A DNA stretch of 64,000 nucleotides from Dehalococcoidia bacterium (GTDB taxonomy: Bacteria > Chloroflexota > Dehalococcoidia > Plut-88900). A model generated the notes under the pieces. The model had not been told where the DNA came from. It searched no databases and worked only from the letters and a program-made list of their open reading frames with translations. The translations under genes were made by a program, and so were the position numbers. The stretch covers positions 2,880,001 through 2,944,000 of the forward strand of contig OZ240219.1 of assembly GCA_965197645.1 (NCBI GenBank), read 5' to 3'. Positions 47,937-57,662 of this stretch are shown here, piece by piece. Every line of letters starts with the position of its first letter. The stretch's first letter is position 1.

Positions 47937-50672
47937 CTAGTCCATCTCTCCCCAGTTCATGCCCGTCTTGACGTCCACCTTCACCGGCACCTTCAACTCC
48001 AGGGCGTTGGGCATCACCTCCTTTGCCAGGACCGCCATGTCCTCCAACTCCTCTTTCGGCACCTCGAAGATAAGCTCGTCGTGGACCTGGAGCAGCATCT
48101 TGCTGCGCATCTTGGCATCGTCCATGCGGTCCTGTATCTTGACCATCGCCAGTTTGAGCATCTCGGCGGACGTGCCCTGAATCGGCATATTTATGGCCAT
48201 CCGCTCAGCGCCCATGCGCACGTTCATGTTGGACGAGTTGATCTCCGGGAAGTACCGGCGCCGACCCAGCACCGTCTCCACGTAACCCTGGTGCTTGGCC
48301 TGCTTCTTCGTTACCTCCATGTAGTCCTTCACGCCCGGGTACTTCTCAAAGTAGCCGTCGATGAACGCGCTGGCCTCCTCTCGAGACAGCTCCGTTCGGG
48401 ACGCCAACCCGTACCCGCTTATCCCGTACACTATGCCGAAGTTGATAACCTTGGCTATTCGCCGCTGGTCCGCCGTCACGTCGTCCAGGGGCGCGCTGAA
48501 AACGTGGGACGCTGTGGAGGCGTGAATGTCCTCGCCGTCCTGGAACGCTTTGACCAGGGCCGGGTCCTCCGATATGTGCGCCAACACCCGGAGGTCTATC
48601 TGCGAGTAGTCCGCCGCCATCAACAGCCAGTCCGGCGCTCCCTCGGCGACGAAGGCGTTGCGCACCTGGCCGCCAAGGTCGGTGCGAACGGGTATGTTCT
48701 GCAGGTTGGGATCGTTGCTGGAGACCCGCCCGGTCACCGAGCCCGTCTGGTTGAAGGTGGTGTGCACCCTGCCGGTGTCTGGGTTGACCAGGACCGGTAG
48801 AGCGTCAAGGTAGGTGGACTTCAGCTTCGATATCTGCCGGTACTCCAGCAGGTACTCCGCAATGGGGTGCACCCCCCTCAAGCTCTCCAACACCGATGCA
48901 TCGGTGGAGAAGCCGGTCTTGGTCCGTTTGGCGTTGGGCAGCTCCAGCTCCTTGAACAGAACGTCGCCCAGCTGTTTTGTCGAGTTGATGTTGAATTGGT
49001 GTCCGATGGAGTCGTAGATGGCGGCTTCCAGCTCCATCATCCGGTTGCCCAGCTCTACGGACATCACGCTCAGCAGCTCGACGTCCATGGCGATGCCGTG
49101 TCGCTGCATTCTCACCATCACGGGCACCAGCGGCATCTCCACGTTGGGCATCAGGTTCCAAAGCTCCTGCCCCTTGAGCTCCTCTTCGAACATCCTGGCG
49201 AGCCTGAGGGCGATGTCGGCGTCGGCGGCTGCATACGGCGATGCATCCTCTATCGCCACCTGATCCATCGTTATCTGCTTCTTACCCGTCCCGATGAGAT
49301 GGGAGATAGGGGTCATCTCGATGCCCAGCCGCTCAAAGGAGAGGGGCTTCAAGCCCAACGCCTTCTGACCCGCCAGCGCGGCGCCGATCATGCTGTCCAT
49401 CGAAAGGTTCTTCACCGAGATGCCGTAGTTGGCCAGGACCATCATGTCATAGTTGGCGTTGTGGGCCGTTTTCTCAATCGAGTCATCCTCGAACAGCGGC
49501 TTGATCTTCCCCAGCACCAGCTCCATGGGAAGCTGCACGCCCTCCCGGTGGCCCACCGGGATATATACCGACCTGCCCGGCTCCACCGACATCGAGACCC
49601 CCACCAGCTTGGCTTGCATTGCGTCCAGGCTCGTGGTCTCAGTGTCGAAGGCGAAATACCCCGCTTCCTCAACCTCCTCTACCAGACGGTCCAGCTCCGA
49701 TTCATCCGTCAGTGTGGTGTAGTCCACCTCCGACACCTGCTCTTCGACACCCCCGACGTCTTCAGCTCCTTCACCGCCGGGCAGCCGGGGCAACAGACTG
49801 GAGAACTCCAGCTCTCGGAACAGGTCGACTACCGCCTCCCTCGAGTAGGCAGTCCTCTCACACTGGGACAGGTCCATCTCTATAGGCACGTTGGTCACAA
49901 TCCTGGCCAGCTCCACCGATTGCCTTGCCTGCTGCTCGTACTCCCTCAGCTTCCCTTGGATCCTGGGCGGTTTCACTTCGTCCAGGTGCTCATAGATGTC
50001 ATCGACGGTCCCGAACTGCTGTATCAGCTTCGCCGCCGTCTTGTCGCCGATGCCGGGCACCCCGGGTATGTTGTCCGAGGTATCCCCCTTCAGTCCTTTG
50101 AAATCGGCGATCTGCTTGGGGGTCACGCCGTACCGTTCGAATACCTTGTTCTCATCGTAGAGCACGGTATCGCTGAACATGCCCCGGGGCAGTAGGGCCT
50201 TCACCCGCGAGGTTATGAGCTGCACCTCATCGGTATCTCCGGTCAGAATGATGGTATCGATGTCCTGGTCAGTGGCCAGTCGAGCCAATGTCCCCAGGAT
50301 GTCGTCCGCCTCGAACCCGTCCATCTCGAACGATGGTATGCCGAAGGCATCCACCAGCTCCCTGATCCGCTTGAACTGGACCCGAAGCTCGTCCGGCGAT
50401 TTATCTCTATTGGCCTTGTATTCCTCGTACTGCAGGTGCCTGAACGTGGGCGTGGGCCTATCGAAGGCGATGGCGCAGTGGGTGGGCTTCAGATCGGCGA
50501 GCACTTTCAACAGGGCGCTGGCAAACCCGTAAACGGCGCCCACCGGTTCCCCGGTCCGGTTTATCGTCAGCGGAGGCAGGGCATGGAACGCCCGATGCAC
50601 CAGGGCGTGGCCGTCCATCAGCATCAACAGCGGTTTTCTCGTGAGCATCCCTTGCTTCTCGGCATCGGCCAT
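47937..50672 (-). CDS. polA: DNA polymerase I
   Basis: 5'-3' exonuclease (FEADD), FDTET, PNLQNIP, ADYSQI and LQVHDEL; GGAGG RBS before ATG 50672. Confidence 0.98.
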   Translation of the reverse strand: MADAEKQGMLTRKPLLMLMDGHALVHRAFHALPPLTINRTGEPVGAVYGFASALLKVLADLKPTHCAIAFDRPTPTFRHLQYEEYKANRDKSPDELRVQFKRIRELVDAFGIPSFEMDGFEADDILGTLARLATDQDIDTIILTGDTDEVQLITSRVKALLPRGMFSDTVLYDENKVFERYGVTPKQIADFKGLKGDTSDNIPGVPGIGDKTAAKLIQQFGTVDDIYEHLDEVKPPRIQGKLREYEQQARQSVELARIVTNVPIEMDLSQCERTAYSREAVVDLFRELEFSSLLPRLPGGEGAEDVGGVEEQVSEVDYTTLTDESELDRLVEEVEEAGYFAFDTETTSLDAMQAKLVGVSMSVEPGRSVYIPVGHREGVQLPMELVLGKIKPLFEDDSIEKTAHNANYDMMVLANYGISVKNLSMDSMIGAALAGQKALGLKPLSFERLGIEMTPISHLIGTGKKQITMDQVAIEDASPYAAADADIALRLARMFEEELKGQELWNLMPNVEMPLVPVMVRMQRHGIAMDVELLSVMSVELGNRMMELEAAIYDSIGHQFNINSTKQLGDVLFKELELPNAKRTKTGFSTDASVLESLRGVHPIAEYLLEYRQISKLKSTYLDALPVLVNPDTGRVHTTFNQTGSVTGRVSSNDPNLQNIPVRTDLGGQVRNAFVAEGAPDWLLMAADYSQIDLRVLAHISEDPALVKAFQDGEDIHASTASHVFSAPLDDVTADQRRIAKVINFGIVYGISGYGLASRTELSREEASAFIDGYFEKYPGVKDYMEVTKKQAKHQGYVETVLGRRRYFPEINSSNMNVRMGAERMAINMPIQGTSAEMLKLAMVKIQDRMDDAKMRSKMLLQVHDELIFEVPKEELEDMAVLAKEVMPNALELKVPVKVDVKTGMNWGEMD

Positions 50673-50936
50673 TCCGACCACCTCCGGCGGATATCTACTA
50701 CCTATCAGGCCCTCTCCCGGAACTCCGCGATTATAGCACCGCCCCTACCCCCACCCAAAGCTGGTAGAGTCCATCGCGGGCTTGCCCCAGGTGCAAACCG
50801 GCACGAATATGATCGGGAGGGCAACTCCTATTTGCGCTCATACATTGGTCCTCCTCCCGGCTGTGTAAAGCTGAGGGAGGAGAGCCTACGGATGGAATCC
50901 GGGGTGGGAAGAACTCTGCAGGCTCAACGGCCAGAA

Positions 50937-50982
50937 CTGGCTAGATTGCCACGCCCCGACTTCGTCGGGTCTCGCAATGACG
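50937..50982. repeat. Repeat family C, copy 2
   Basis: Identical to 46556-46601. Confidence 0.9.
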
Positions 50983-51091
50983 GGGGTACGGACTCGGGCG
51001 AACATTGTCCGTCGTTGCGAGCGATCAGGGAGTTCGTCCTGAGGGGAGTGGAAGAAAGCGAAGCAACCTGGGGTGGGTGGGAGAGTTGTTG

Positions 51092-51166
51092 CTGAGGGAC
51101 ATCCCTTCGGCGGGCTCAGGACAGGCTCTCAAACTCCGGGTAAAGGAGCTTCACCTCTGCGCATCC
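51092..51166. repeat. Partial, degenerate family A copy with a CTTCGG..GGCTCAGG.CAGGCT insert
   Basis: CTGAGGGACATCCCTTCGGCGGGCTCAGGACAGGCTCTCAAACTCC. Confidence 0.7.
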
Positions 51167-51339
51167 GAATGGAGAGTCCTGGGCAACCCTTGACGAACCC
51201 GTACATTCAACCTAAATTATGTTTAGCACCATCTGCGACATCCGCGATTGATGCAGACCGGATGTCCGTACAAAAGGGACAGTCGATATCCGGCGCCGGA
51301 GGCCTGTTCGCCCCGGTCGGCTGACAAGGAGGGACGGTT

Positions 51340-52131
51340 ATGACCCAGGCCAAAGAGAAGACTATTAAAGACGCGGTGAAGGACAGGTACGGCTCGCTGG
51401 CCAGGAAGGCATCCCAGGGGGAGGCCGGAAGCTGTTGGGACAGCGGCGCTCCTTGTGGCGAACCGTCCCCCTACGACTCCGATACATGGACGCCGGATAA
51501 AATCTACAGCCAGACCGAGATCGACGCCCTCCCCGACACCGTCACAGCAGCCGCCGCAGGGTGCGGCAATCCCACGGCCCTCACCGAGCTGAAGTCCGGC
51601 GAGACCGTGCTGGACCTGGGAAGCGGCGGCGGCATCGATTGCTTCCTCGCACGCCAGCAGGTTGGGCCCGAAGGCCATGTGATCGGCCTGGACATGACCA
51701 CTGATATGATCAACCTCGCCCGCGGCAACGCCGAGAAGCTTGGCTACGACAACGTAGAGTTCCGGCAGGGAGAAATGGAGAATATGCCGGTAGATGACTC
51801 GTCCGTCGATATGATCATCTCCAACTGTGTCATCAACCTCTCCCCGGACAAGGACACCGTATTCGCCGAGGCGTTTCGGGTCCTCAAACCGGGCGGCAGA
51901 CTCTGCGTCTCGGACATCGTCCTCCAGGGTCGGCTCCCCGACGATATCCGAACGAGTCTCGAGCAGTGGGTGGGTTGCATCGCCGGCGCCCTGATCAAGG
52001 ACGACTATTTGCAGCAAATGCGAAACGCAGGCTTCTCCCCCGTCCAGGTCGTCGAGCAGAGCGATTACGCCTCCGAGGTGGAGGGCGGCGACAAGGTCCT
52101 CAGCGTCACCATCAAAGCCGAAAAACCGTAG
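51340..52131 (+). CDS. arsM: Arsenite methyltransferase
   Basis: GCGNP, LDLGSGGGIDC, IISNCVINLSPDK and WVGCIAGA motifs. Confidence 0.88.
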   Translation: MTQAKEKTIKDAVKDRYGSLARKASQGEAGSCWDSGAPCGEPSPYDSDTWTPDKIYSQTEIDALPDTVTAAAAGCGNPTALTELKSGETVLDLGSGGGIDCFLARQQVGPEGHVIGLDMTTDMINLARGNAEKLGYDNVEFRQGEMENMPVDDSSVDMIISNCVINLSPDKDTVFAEAFRVLKPGGRLCVSDIVLQGRLPDDIRTSLEQWVGCIAGALIKDDYLQQMRNAGFSPVQVVEQSDYASEVEGGDKVLSVTIKAEKP

Positions 52132-52205
52132 ACCTAAACCGTCGAGTATCGCCTGAAAGGAAACGCTCACGTCTTCAAATCTGATTTAGGCATAGGGAAC
52201 GCGCC

Positions 52206-52328
52206 ATGCCATACGTCCTTCTACTGCTAGCCTTCCTGGCGGGCGGGCTCTATCTCCTCCGACGCCTCCTACCCCACGATGTCCTGGTGCGGCTGAAGCA
52301 GGTAAAACCCTCCGAACAAGAGGACTGA
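52206..52328 (+). CDS. 40-aa single-TM small protein (not in ORF track)
   Basis: MPYVLLLLAFLAGGLYLLRRLLPHDVLVRLKQVKPSEQED*; AGGGAA upstream. Confidence 0.45.
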   Translation: MPYVLLLLAFLAGGLYLLRRLLPHDVLVRLKQVKPSEQED

Positions 52329-52436
52329 GGCGGATTCACCGTATCGTCCGGGGAAACCGGGCCAAAGAGCAAAATAGAAGAATCGTAACCCTCTTCGAAA
52401 ACAGGCCGGCGTAAAGGCCGGACGACTGGAGTCATC

Positions 52437-53378
52437 ATGCCTCTACGATTAGGCATCCACATAGGCCCCCAGGACACCTCGTACGAGGACCTGCTGAAGC
52501 TCTGGCACATGGCCGATTCCAACGGCTTCTACTGGATCTCCGTCTGGGACCACTTCTTCGAAAACCCCGTGGTTGACTACAAGGGCGCCTGCTTCGAGGC
52601 CGTCTCTACGATGTCGGCCCTGGCGGCCGAGACCAGCAATGTCCGGGTCGGCTGCCTCGTCTACTGCATGGGGTACCGAAACCCGGCACTGTTCGCCAAG
52701 TCCATGGTAACCATCGACCATATCAGCGCCGGCCGTCTGGAAGTGGGCATCGGGGCAGGTTGGTACCAGGAGGAGTACGAGGCCTTCGGGTACGATTTCC
52801 CGCCCGTAAAGACTCGGATGGACATGTTGGAGGAGGGTACCCAGGTCATCAAGTCGATGCTCACCCAGGAGGAGACCACCTTCCACGGCGAGCACTACAA
52901 CGTCGAGAAGGCCTACTGCTTCCCCCGACCCGTCCAGGACCCACCGAGAATCTGGCTGGGCGGGCTCGGTGAGAAGCGCACTTTGCGCATCGCCGCCCGA
53001 TACGGGGACGGTTGGAACGCGCCCTATATCTCACCCCAGGTCTATAGCTCCAAGTCCCAAGTGCTGGACCGCTGGTGCGAAACCGAGCAACGAGACCCGG
53101 CCGAGATTACGCGCAGCGTCAACCTCGGCTTCTACATGGGCGCCGACGAGGCCTCGGCCCAGCGCAAACGCCAACAGTTCGAGGAGGCTTGGAGCGACGA
53201 TCGAATAGAAGACAGGCGGGGCGGCATGCTACTGGGCACCGCCAGCGAGGCCACAGACCAGCTGGGCGCCTTCGTCGACGTCGGTGCTACCGACCTCAAC
53301 ATAGCGTTTCGAGCCCCCTACGATTTCGACGCTTTCCAGGCCTTCATAGAGAACGTAATGCCCAACTTCACGGTCTAG
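52437..53378 (+). CDS. LLM-class F420-dependent oxidoreductase
   Basis: WDHF, YRNPALFAK, GIGAGW and GGLGEKRTLR motifs. Confidence 0.9.
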   Translation: MPLRLGIHIGPQDTSYEDLLKLWHMADSNGFYWISVWDHFFENPVVDYKGACFEAVSTMSALAAETSNVRVGCLVYCMGYRNPALFAKSMVTIDHISAGRLEVGIGAGWYQEEYEAFGYDFPPVKTRMDMLEEGTQVIKSMLTQEETTFHGEHYNVEKAYCFPRPVQDPPRIWLGGLGEKRTLRIAARYGDGWNAPYISPQVYSSKSQVLDRWCETEQRDPAEITRSVNLGFYMGADEASAQRKRQQFEEAWSDDRIEDRRGGMLLGTASEATDQLGAFVDVGATDLNIAFRAPYDFDAFQAFIENVMPNFTV

Positions 53379-53448
53379 CCGCCGGCTGTTCCAACAGCGC
53401 CGCGGCGAGCCCCACCACCACAAGGGAGAGACCGGGAAGGAGAAGAAG

Positions 53449-53919
53449 TTGGCTAAATCAAGCGAGTTGACCAGACCGCTCAGGGAGTTTCTAGACCAGC
53501 CCAACGTCGCTATTCTCGCCACCGTCAGAAAGGACGGCTCACCTCACCTAACAAGGGTATGGTACGAGTACGACGGTGAAGAGGTCCGAGTAAGCATCAC
53601 AGACACACGAGCCAAGTACCGCCACGTGCTGCGGGACCCTCGCGTCTCCCTTGCCGTGACCACTCCAAGTGGCAGCAGTCAGGAGATCCACAAGGAAGTA
53701 ATCCTGGAGGGCAGGGCCCAGGTGACTGCGGAGGGCGGGCCCGAGCTCATACGTCGCCTCGGCATCAAGTTCGAGGGTGAAGAGCAAGGCAACAGGTACG
53801 CCGACCTGAGTATCAACGAGCTAAAGGACAACCGGCTCGTACTGCACTTCAAGCCAGAGCGTATTATGGCCTGGGACTTCTCCGTCGAGGACGACGATCA
53901 CAACCCTGTGAGTCGCTGA
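53449..53919 (+). CDS. PPOX-class (split beta-barrel) F420-type oxidoreductase
   Basis: LATVRKDGSPH...K.RHVLRDPRVSL. Confidence 0.85.
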   Translation: MAKSSELTRPLREFLDQPNVAILATVRKDGSPHLTRVWYEYDGEEVRVSITDTRAKYRHVLRDPRVSLAVTTPSGSSQEIHKEVILEGRAQVTAEGGPELIRRLGIKFEGEEQGNRYADLSINELKDNRLVLHFKPERIMAWDFSVEDDDHNPVSR

Positions 53920-53923
53920 GCGC

Positions 53924-54403
53924 CTACGCGGCCAGCTTCTTCACCAGCGCCTTCACCACGTTCGGCGGCACGAAGCTATCCGGGTCGCCACCCAGCTTCA
54001 CCACCTCCTTCAACAGGGAAGAGCTGAGGAACTGGTGCTCCAGACTACTCATGAAAGTGATCAGCTCCACGTCCGGCGCCAGCTGTTTGTTCATCAGCGC
54101 CATCTCGAACTCCCTCTCGAAGTCCGAGTTCATACGAAGCCCCCTGATCATCACCTTTGCGTCGTGTTTTCGGGCGTAGTCTACCGTCAGGCCCTTATAT
54201 GAAACGACACGGATATTTTCCACCTCCCTGGTGGCCTCGGTCGCCATTTCCACCCGCTCCTCCGTATTGAACAGCAGCCGCTTATCGGGCGTCGCGTACA
54301 CGGCGATGACCACCTCATCGAACACACTCGCCGCCCTCTTGGCTATGTCCAGGTGGCCGTAGGTGATGGGATCGAAACTTCCGGGGTAGAGGGCCTTGGT
54401 CAA
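53924..54403 (-). CDS. coaD: Phosphopantetheine adenylyltransferase
   Basis: YPGSFDPITYGH, IRGLR and SSSLLKE motifs. Confidence 0.98.
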   Translation of the reverse strand: MTKALYPGSFDPITYGHLDIAKRAASVFDEVVIAVYATPDKRLLFNTEERVEMATEATREVENIRVVSYKGLTVDYARKHDAKVMIRGLRMNSDFEREFEMALMNKQLAPDVELITFMSSLEHQFLSSSLLKEVVKLGGDPDSFVPPNVVKALVKKLAA

Positions 54404-54954
54404 GGGGTTACCTCCTGGTGATAGATCGAAAGCATAGTATCGCCATACCGGCGCGTTTTCCCCAAGGCAAATGCGCCATACTCTTGCCCGAGGGGTACTC
54501 TCCTAGAATGCTCCGCCACGATAATCGTTTCGTCGCCCACCAGCTGGGACCCGGCCAGTCCGCTCAACACCTCGTCCACTCCGCCATCATCATACGGCGG
54601 GTCTAAGAATATCACCCCGTAGCTGTTGCCCAGTTTTCCCAGCGCCGCTTGGACAGGCATACGATGCACCTCGCCCAATTTGTCGAATCCTGTTACCCGA
54701 AGATTGGCCTTTATAACCTCGACGTGCCCCCGGTCCTGCTCCACGAAGTCGACCCACCCCGCCCCCCGGCTGAGCGCCTCGATCCCGAACGCTCCCGTGC
54801 CCGCATACAGGTCCAGCACCCGGTCCATGTCCACCCCGGCCGACTCCAAGATCGAGAACGCCGCTCCCCTCACTCTCTCCGAGCTTGGCCTTATCGATAG
54901 GCCCTTCGCTGTGGCCAGCCTCCGGCCCTTGGCCGTCCCCGCTATCACCCTCAT
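54400..54954 (-). CDS. rsmD: 16S rRNA m2G966 methyltransferase
   Basis: MRVIAG..KGR, DLYAGTG, EALSRGA and DPPY motifs. Confidence 0.95.
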   Translation of the reverse strand: MRVIAGTAKGRRLATAKGLSIRPSSERVRGAAFSILESAGVDMDRVLDLYAGTGAFGIEALSRGAGWVDFVEQDRGHVEVIKANLRVTGFDKLGEVHRMPVQAALGKLGNSYGVIFLDPPYDDGGVDEVLSGLAGSQLVGDETIIVAEHSRRVPLGQEYGAFALGKTRRYGDTMLSIYHQEVTP

Positions 54955-55101
54955 TTGTTAGCTTCCAGTCCGTGCCATCTTGTCGGACTGCTTATCCTAA
55001 CGGAAAGCTCTTCTCCAGTGTCCCATCAGGCCCGTTCCCAGTTTGCCGCAGCCATTCTATGCGTGTTTTCCCTGCTCCGCAACCGGCCCGCCGCTTTCCA
55101 C

Positions 55102-55130
55102 TTTACAACTTACACCCCTTCCTATATAAT
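55102..55130 (+). promoter_or_regulatory. greA sigma70 promoter
   Basis: TTTACA-17 nt-TATAAT. Confidence 0.75.
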
Positions 55131-55164
55131 TCCGCCAAAATCGAAGACCGAGGCTCCTAAGGCA

Positions 55165-55199
55165 AGGCTCCTTTGCAAAGAGGGGTCTGTTTGTTATTT
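55165..55199 (+). terminator. Terminator-like attenuator hairpin in the greA leader
   Basis: AGGCTCCTTT-GCAA-AGAGGGGTCT followed by GTTTGTTATTT, between the promoter and the ATG. Confidence 0.55.
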
Positions 55200-55213
55200 A
55201 AGCTCCCTATATC

Positions 55214-55684
55214 ATGGCACGAAAGCAAGTACCTCTAACCAGCGACGGCCTAGAGAAGCTTAAGGCCGAGCTCCACGAGCTTCGTACTGTCCGCAGGCAC
55301 GATGTCGCCGACCGCATCCTCCAGGCAAAGGAGATCGGCGGCACCGTTAACAACGCCGAGTTCGACGATGCCAAAAACAAGCAGGCCTTTGTAGAGGGCC
55401 GGATCCTCACGCTGGAAAACATGGTCCACAATGCCGTGATCATCACCCACGAAAAGTCCGGCTCCGACATCGTCGAGTTGGGCTCTACCGTCACCGTGGT
55501 AGAGCCATCCGGCGATCTCGTGCAGTACGATATTGTGGGCAGCGCCGAGGCCGATCCCTCCCAGGGCAGGATCTCCAATGAAAGCCCTGTCGGGATGGCC
55601 CTTCTAGGCAGGAAAACCGGCGACAAGGTCGAGGTCGAGGTGCCCGCCGGACATTTAGAGCTGACCGTAGTAGAGGTAAAATAG
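55214..55684 (+). CDS. greA: Transcription elongation factor GreA
   Basis: LTSDGLEKL, NAEFDDAK..Q..VEGRI and ISNESPVG.ALLG motifs. Confidence 0.96.
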   Translation: MARKQVPLTSDGLEKLKAELHELRTVRRHDVADRILQAKEIGGTVNNAEFDDAKNKQAFVEGRILTLENMVHNAVIITHEKSGSDIVELGSTVTVVEPSGDLVQYDIVGSAEADPSQGRISNESPVGMALLGRKTGDKVEVEVPAGHLELTVVEVK

Positions 55685-55991
55685 CCCTCTCCCTGGGGTG
55701 TCTCAAGACCGCAGCTGGTCTACCACGCAAATGAGCCAACACCTTCCCGTATGCCATTCCATCTTGCTACAGAAGGGAAGGACTTGCGGCGGGAAATGTT
55801 CGGTGTCAATCGGACTAGGGGGGCGGCGGCAATCCAATCGGAAGGCGCCTCCGAGAATGTCATCCTGTCCGATGATCCTCCGCTTATCCACCTCCGATAG
55901 GCCTGGATAGTCAGGCTTCATTCGATAGGAACCCGCCCAAGGAGCAGCGAAGTACCTGGGACGCGACCAGTAAACTTCTCAGAGCAGCAAC

Positions 55992-57479
55992 ATGGCCGAA
56001 CGAGGCGAAGAGATATACAAACGGCGCCTGGAGAAAATCGACCGACTTCGCGCCCAGGGCATCGACCCGTTTCCACCCAGGTATCGCCGCAGCCACACCA
56101 TCGAAAAGGCCCTCGCCCTCTTCACGAGGGCCGAATCGGAGGGCCGGACTCCCTCGCGCAAGGTGTCGGTTGCCGGACGGGTACTGGGCCTTCGGGCTAT
56201 GGGCAAAGTCACCTTTGCAGACCTACGGGACACCACCGGCAAGATCCAGGCCTACATCGCCAGCAAGGCCCTCTCCGAGGAGCAGCTCGCCGTCCTGAAG
56301 GAGCTGGATGCCGGCGACACTCTGGGTGTCAAGGGCCCCCTCTTCCGCACCCGCACCGGCGAGATAACCGTCCGTGCCGAGGACCTGGTCCTTCTTTCCA
56401 AGTCCCTCAGGCCGCTGCCGGAGAAGTGGCATGGCCTGACCAACGTGGAGAAACGGTATCGTCAACGTTATGTTGACTTGATCTCCAACGACGACGCCCG
56501 GCAGATATTCTCGATCCGAGGCCGGTTGATCTCATCCATGCGCCGCTTCCTGGATTCCAGGGGGTTCATAGAGGTCGAGACTCCCATCCTTCTTCCTATC
56601 GCTGCGGGGGCCATGGCCCGGCCCTTCGCTACCAGGTCCAACGTGCTCGACCGCGAGCTCTACATGCGCATCGCCACCGAGCTTTACCTCAAACGGCTCA
56701 CCGTTGGAGGGATGGACAAGGTCTATGAGATCGGCCGCATCTTCCGCAACGAGGGGGTGGACACCACCCACAACACAGAGTTTACCAGCCTGGAGAGCTA
56801 CGAAGCCTACGCCGACTACAACGACGTTATGTCCATGGTCGAGACGATGATGTCCTACATTGCCAATCAGGTGCTGGGCACCACCCGGGTGACCTACGGC
56901 GATCACTCCATCGATTTCAAACCACCCTGGCCCAGGGTCAGGCTGCGGGATATGGTTCTGGAGAACAGCGGCATCGACGTCGCCGACCCCCGGTACGAAG
57001 ATATCGAAGTCTTGCGCAGCGATGCCGATGAACGGGGCATCCGCGCCGAGGGTCTCAGCCCGGCCCAGCTTTTCGACAAGCTCCTCTCCCGGTTCGCCGA
57101 ACCCTACCTGATCCAGCCCACCTTTCTCATCGACTACCCCCTGGCCATGTCTCCTCTGGCCAAGCGCACCCCCTACGATGCCAACTTCGTCGAGCGGTTC
57201 GAAAGCTACGCAGGAGGCATGGAGATAGCCAACGCCTTCACAGAGCTCAATGACCCCGTTGACCAACGTCAGCGCTTCGAAGAGCAGGAGCGTTTCCGGT
57301 TGGAGTACGGCGATGAGGAGGTGGACCGTCTGGACGAGGACTACCTCGTGGCCCTGGAACACGGTATGCCTCCCACCGGCGGCCTGGGCATGGGCATCGA
57401 TCGGCTGGTCATGCTCTTCACCAACCAGCAGTCCATCCGAGAGGTCATCCTCTTCCCTCAGCTTCGCTCCGTCGAATAA
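55992..57479 (+). CDS. lysS: Lysine-tRNA ligase class II
   Basis: PLPEKWHGL, RYRQRY, RIATELYLK and GMPPTGGLG motifs. Confidence 0.98.
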   Translation: MAERGEEIYKRRLEKIDRLRAQGIDPFPPRYRRSHTIEKALALFTRAESEGRTPSRKVSVAGRVLGLRAMGKVTFADLRDTTGKIQAYIASKALSEEQLAVLKELDAGDTLGVKGPLFRTRTGEITVRAEDLVLLSKSLRPLPEKWHGLTNVEKRYRQRYVDLISNDDARQIFSIRGRLISSMRRFLDSRGFIEVETPILLPIAAGAMARPFATRSNVLDRELYMRIATELYLKRLTVGGMDKVYEIGRIFRNEGVDTTHNTEFTSLESYEAYADYNDVMSMVETMMSYIANQVLGTTRVTYGDHSIDFKPPWPRVRLRDMVLENSGIDVADPRYEDIEVLRSDADERGIRAEGLSPAQLFDKLLSRFAEPYLIQPTFLIDYPLAMSPLAKRTPYDANFVERFESYAGGMEIANAFTELNDPVDQRQRFEEQERFRLEYGDEEVDRLDEDYLVALEHGMPPTGGLGMGIDRLVMLFTNQQSIREVILFPQLRSVE

Positions 57480-57662
57480 CCCCTGCTACGAGCCCCGCCC
57501 CAGGTTTGCCCTCCCTCCCGCCCCGGATCGCATCCGTAGGCACTCCCCCAGTTTGCTTAGCAAAGCGTACTCCGATATGCGGGTGGCGCGTTCTTATTCG
57601 CGCCCTGGGTCGGAATTTGGGCGTGAGTCAAGCCGGTCTGCCTTATTGCTATAATGCCTCTC

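Noticed and set aside
50690-50880. LexA box upstream of polA-mutM
   Set aside because: No GAAC-N4-GTTC match seen.
51340-52131. Possible selenocysteine in ArsM
   Set aside because: All conserved positions are Cys codons and there is no in-frame TGA.
55685-55991. T-box or lysine riboswitch upstream of lysS (also checked before proS and serS)
   Set aside because: No T-box consensus (GGTGGNACCGCG) or recognisable riboswitch core, and no terminator.
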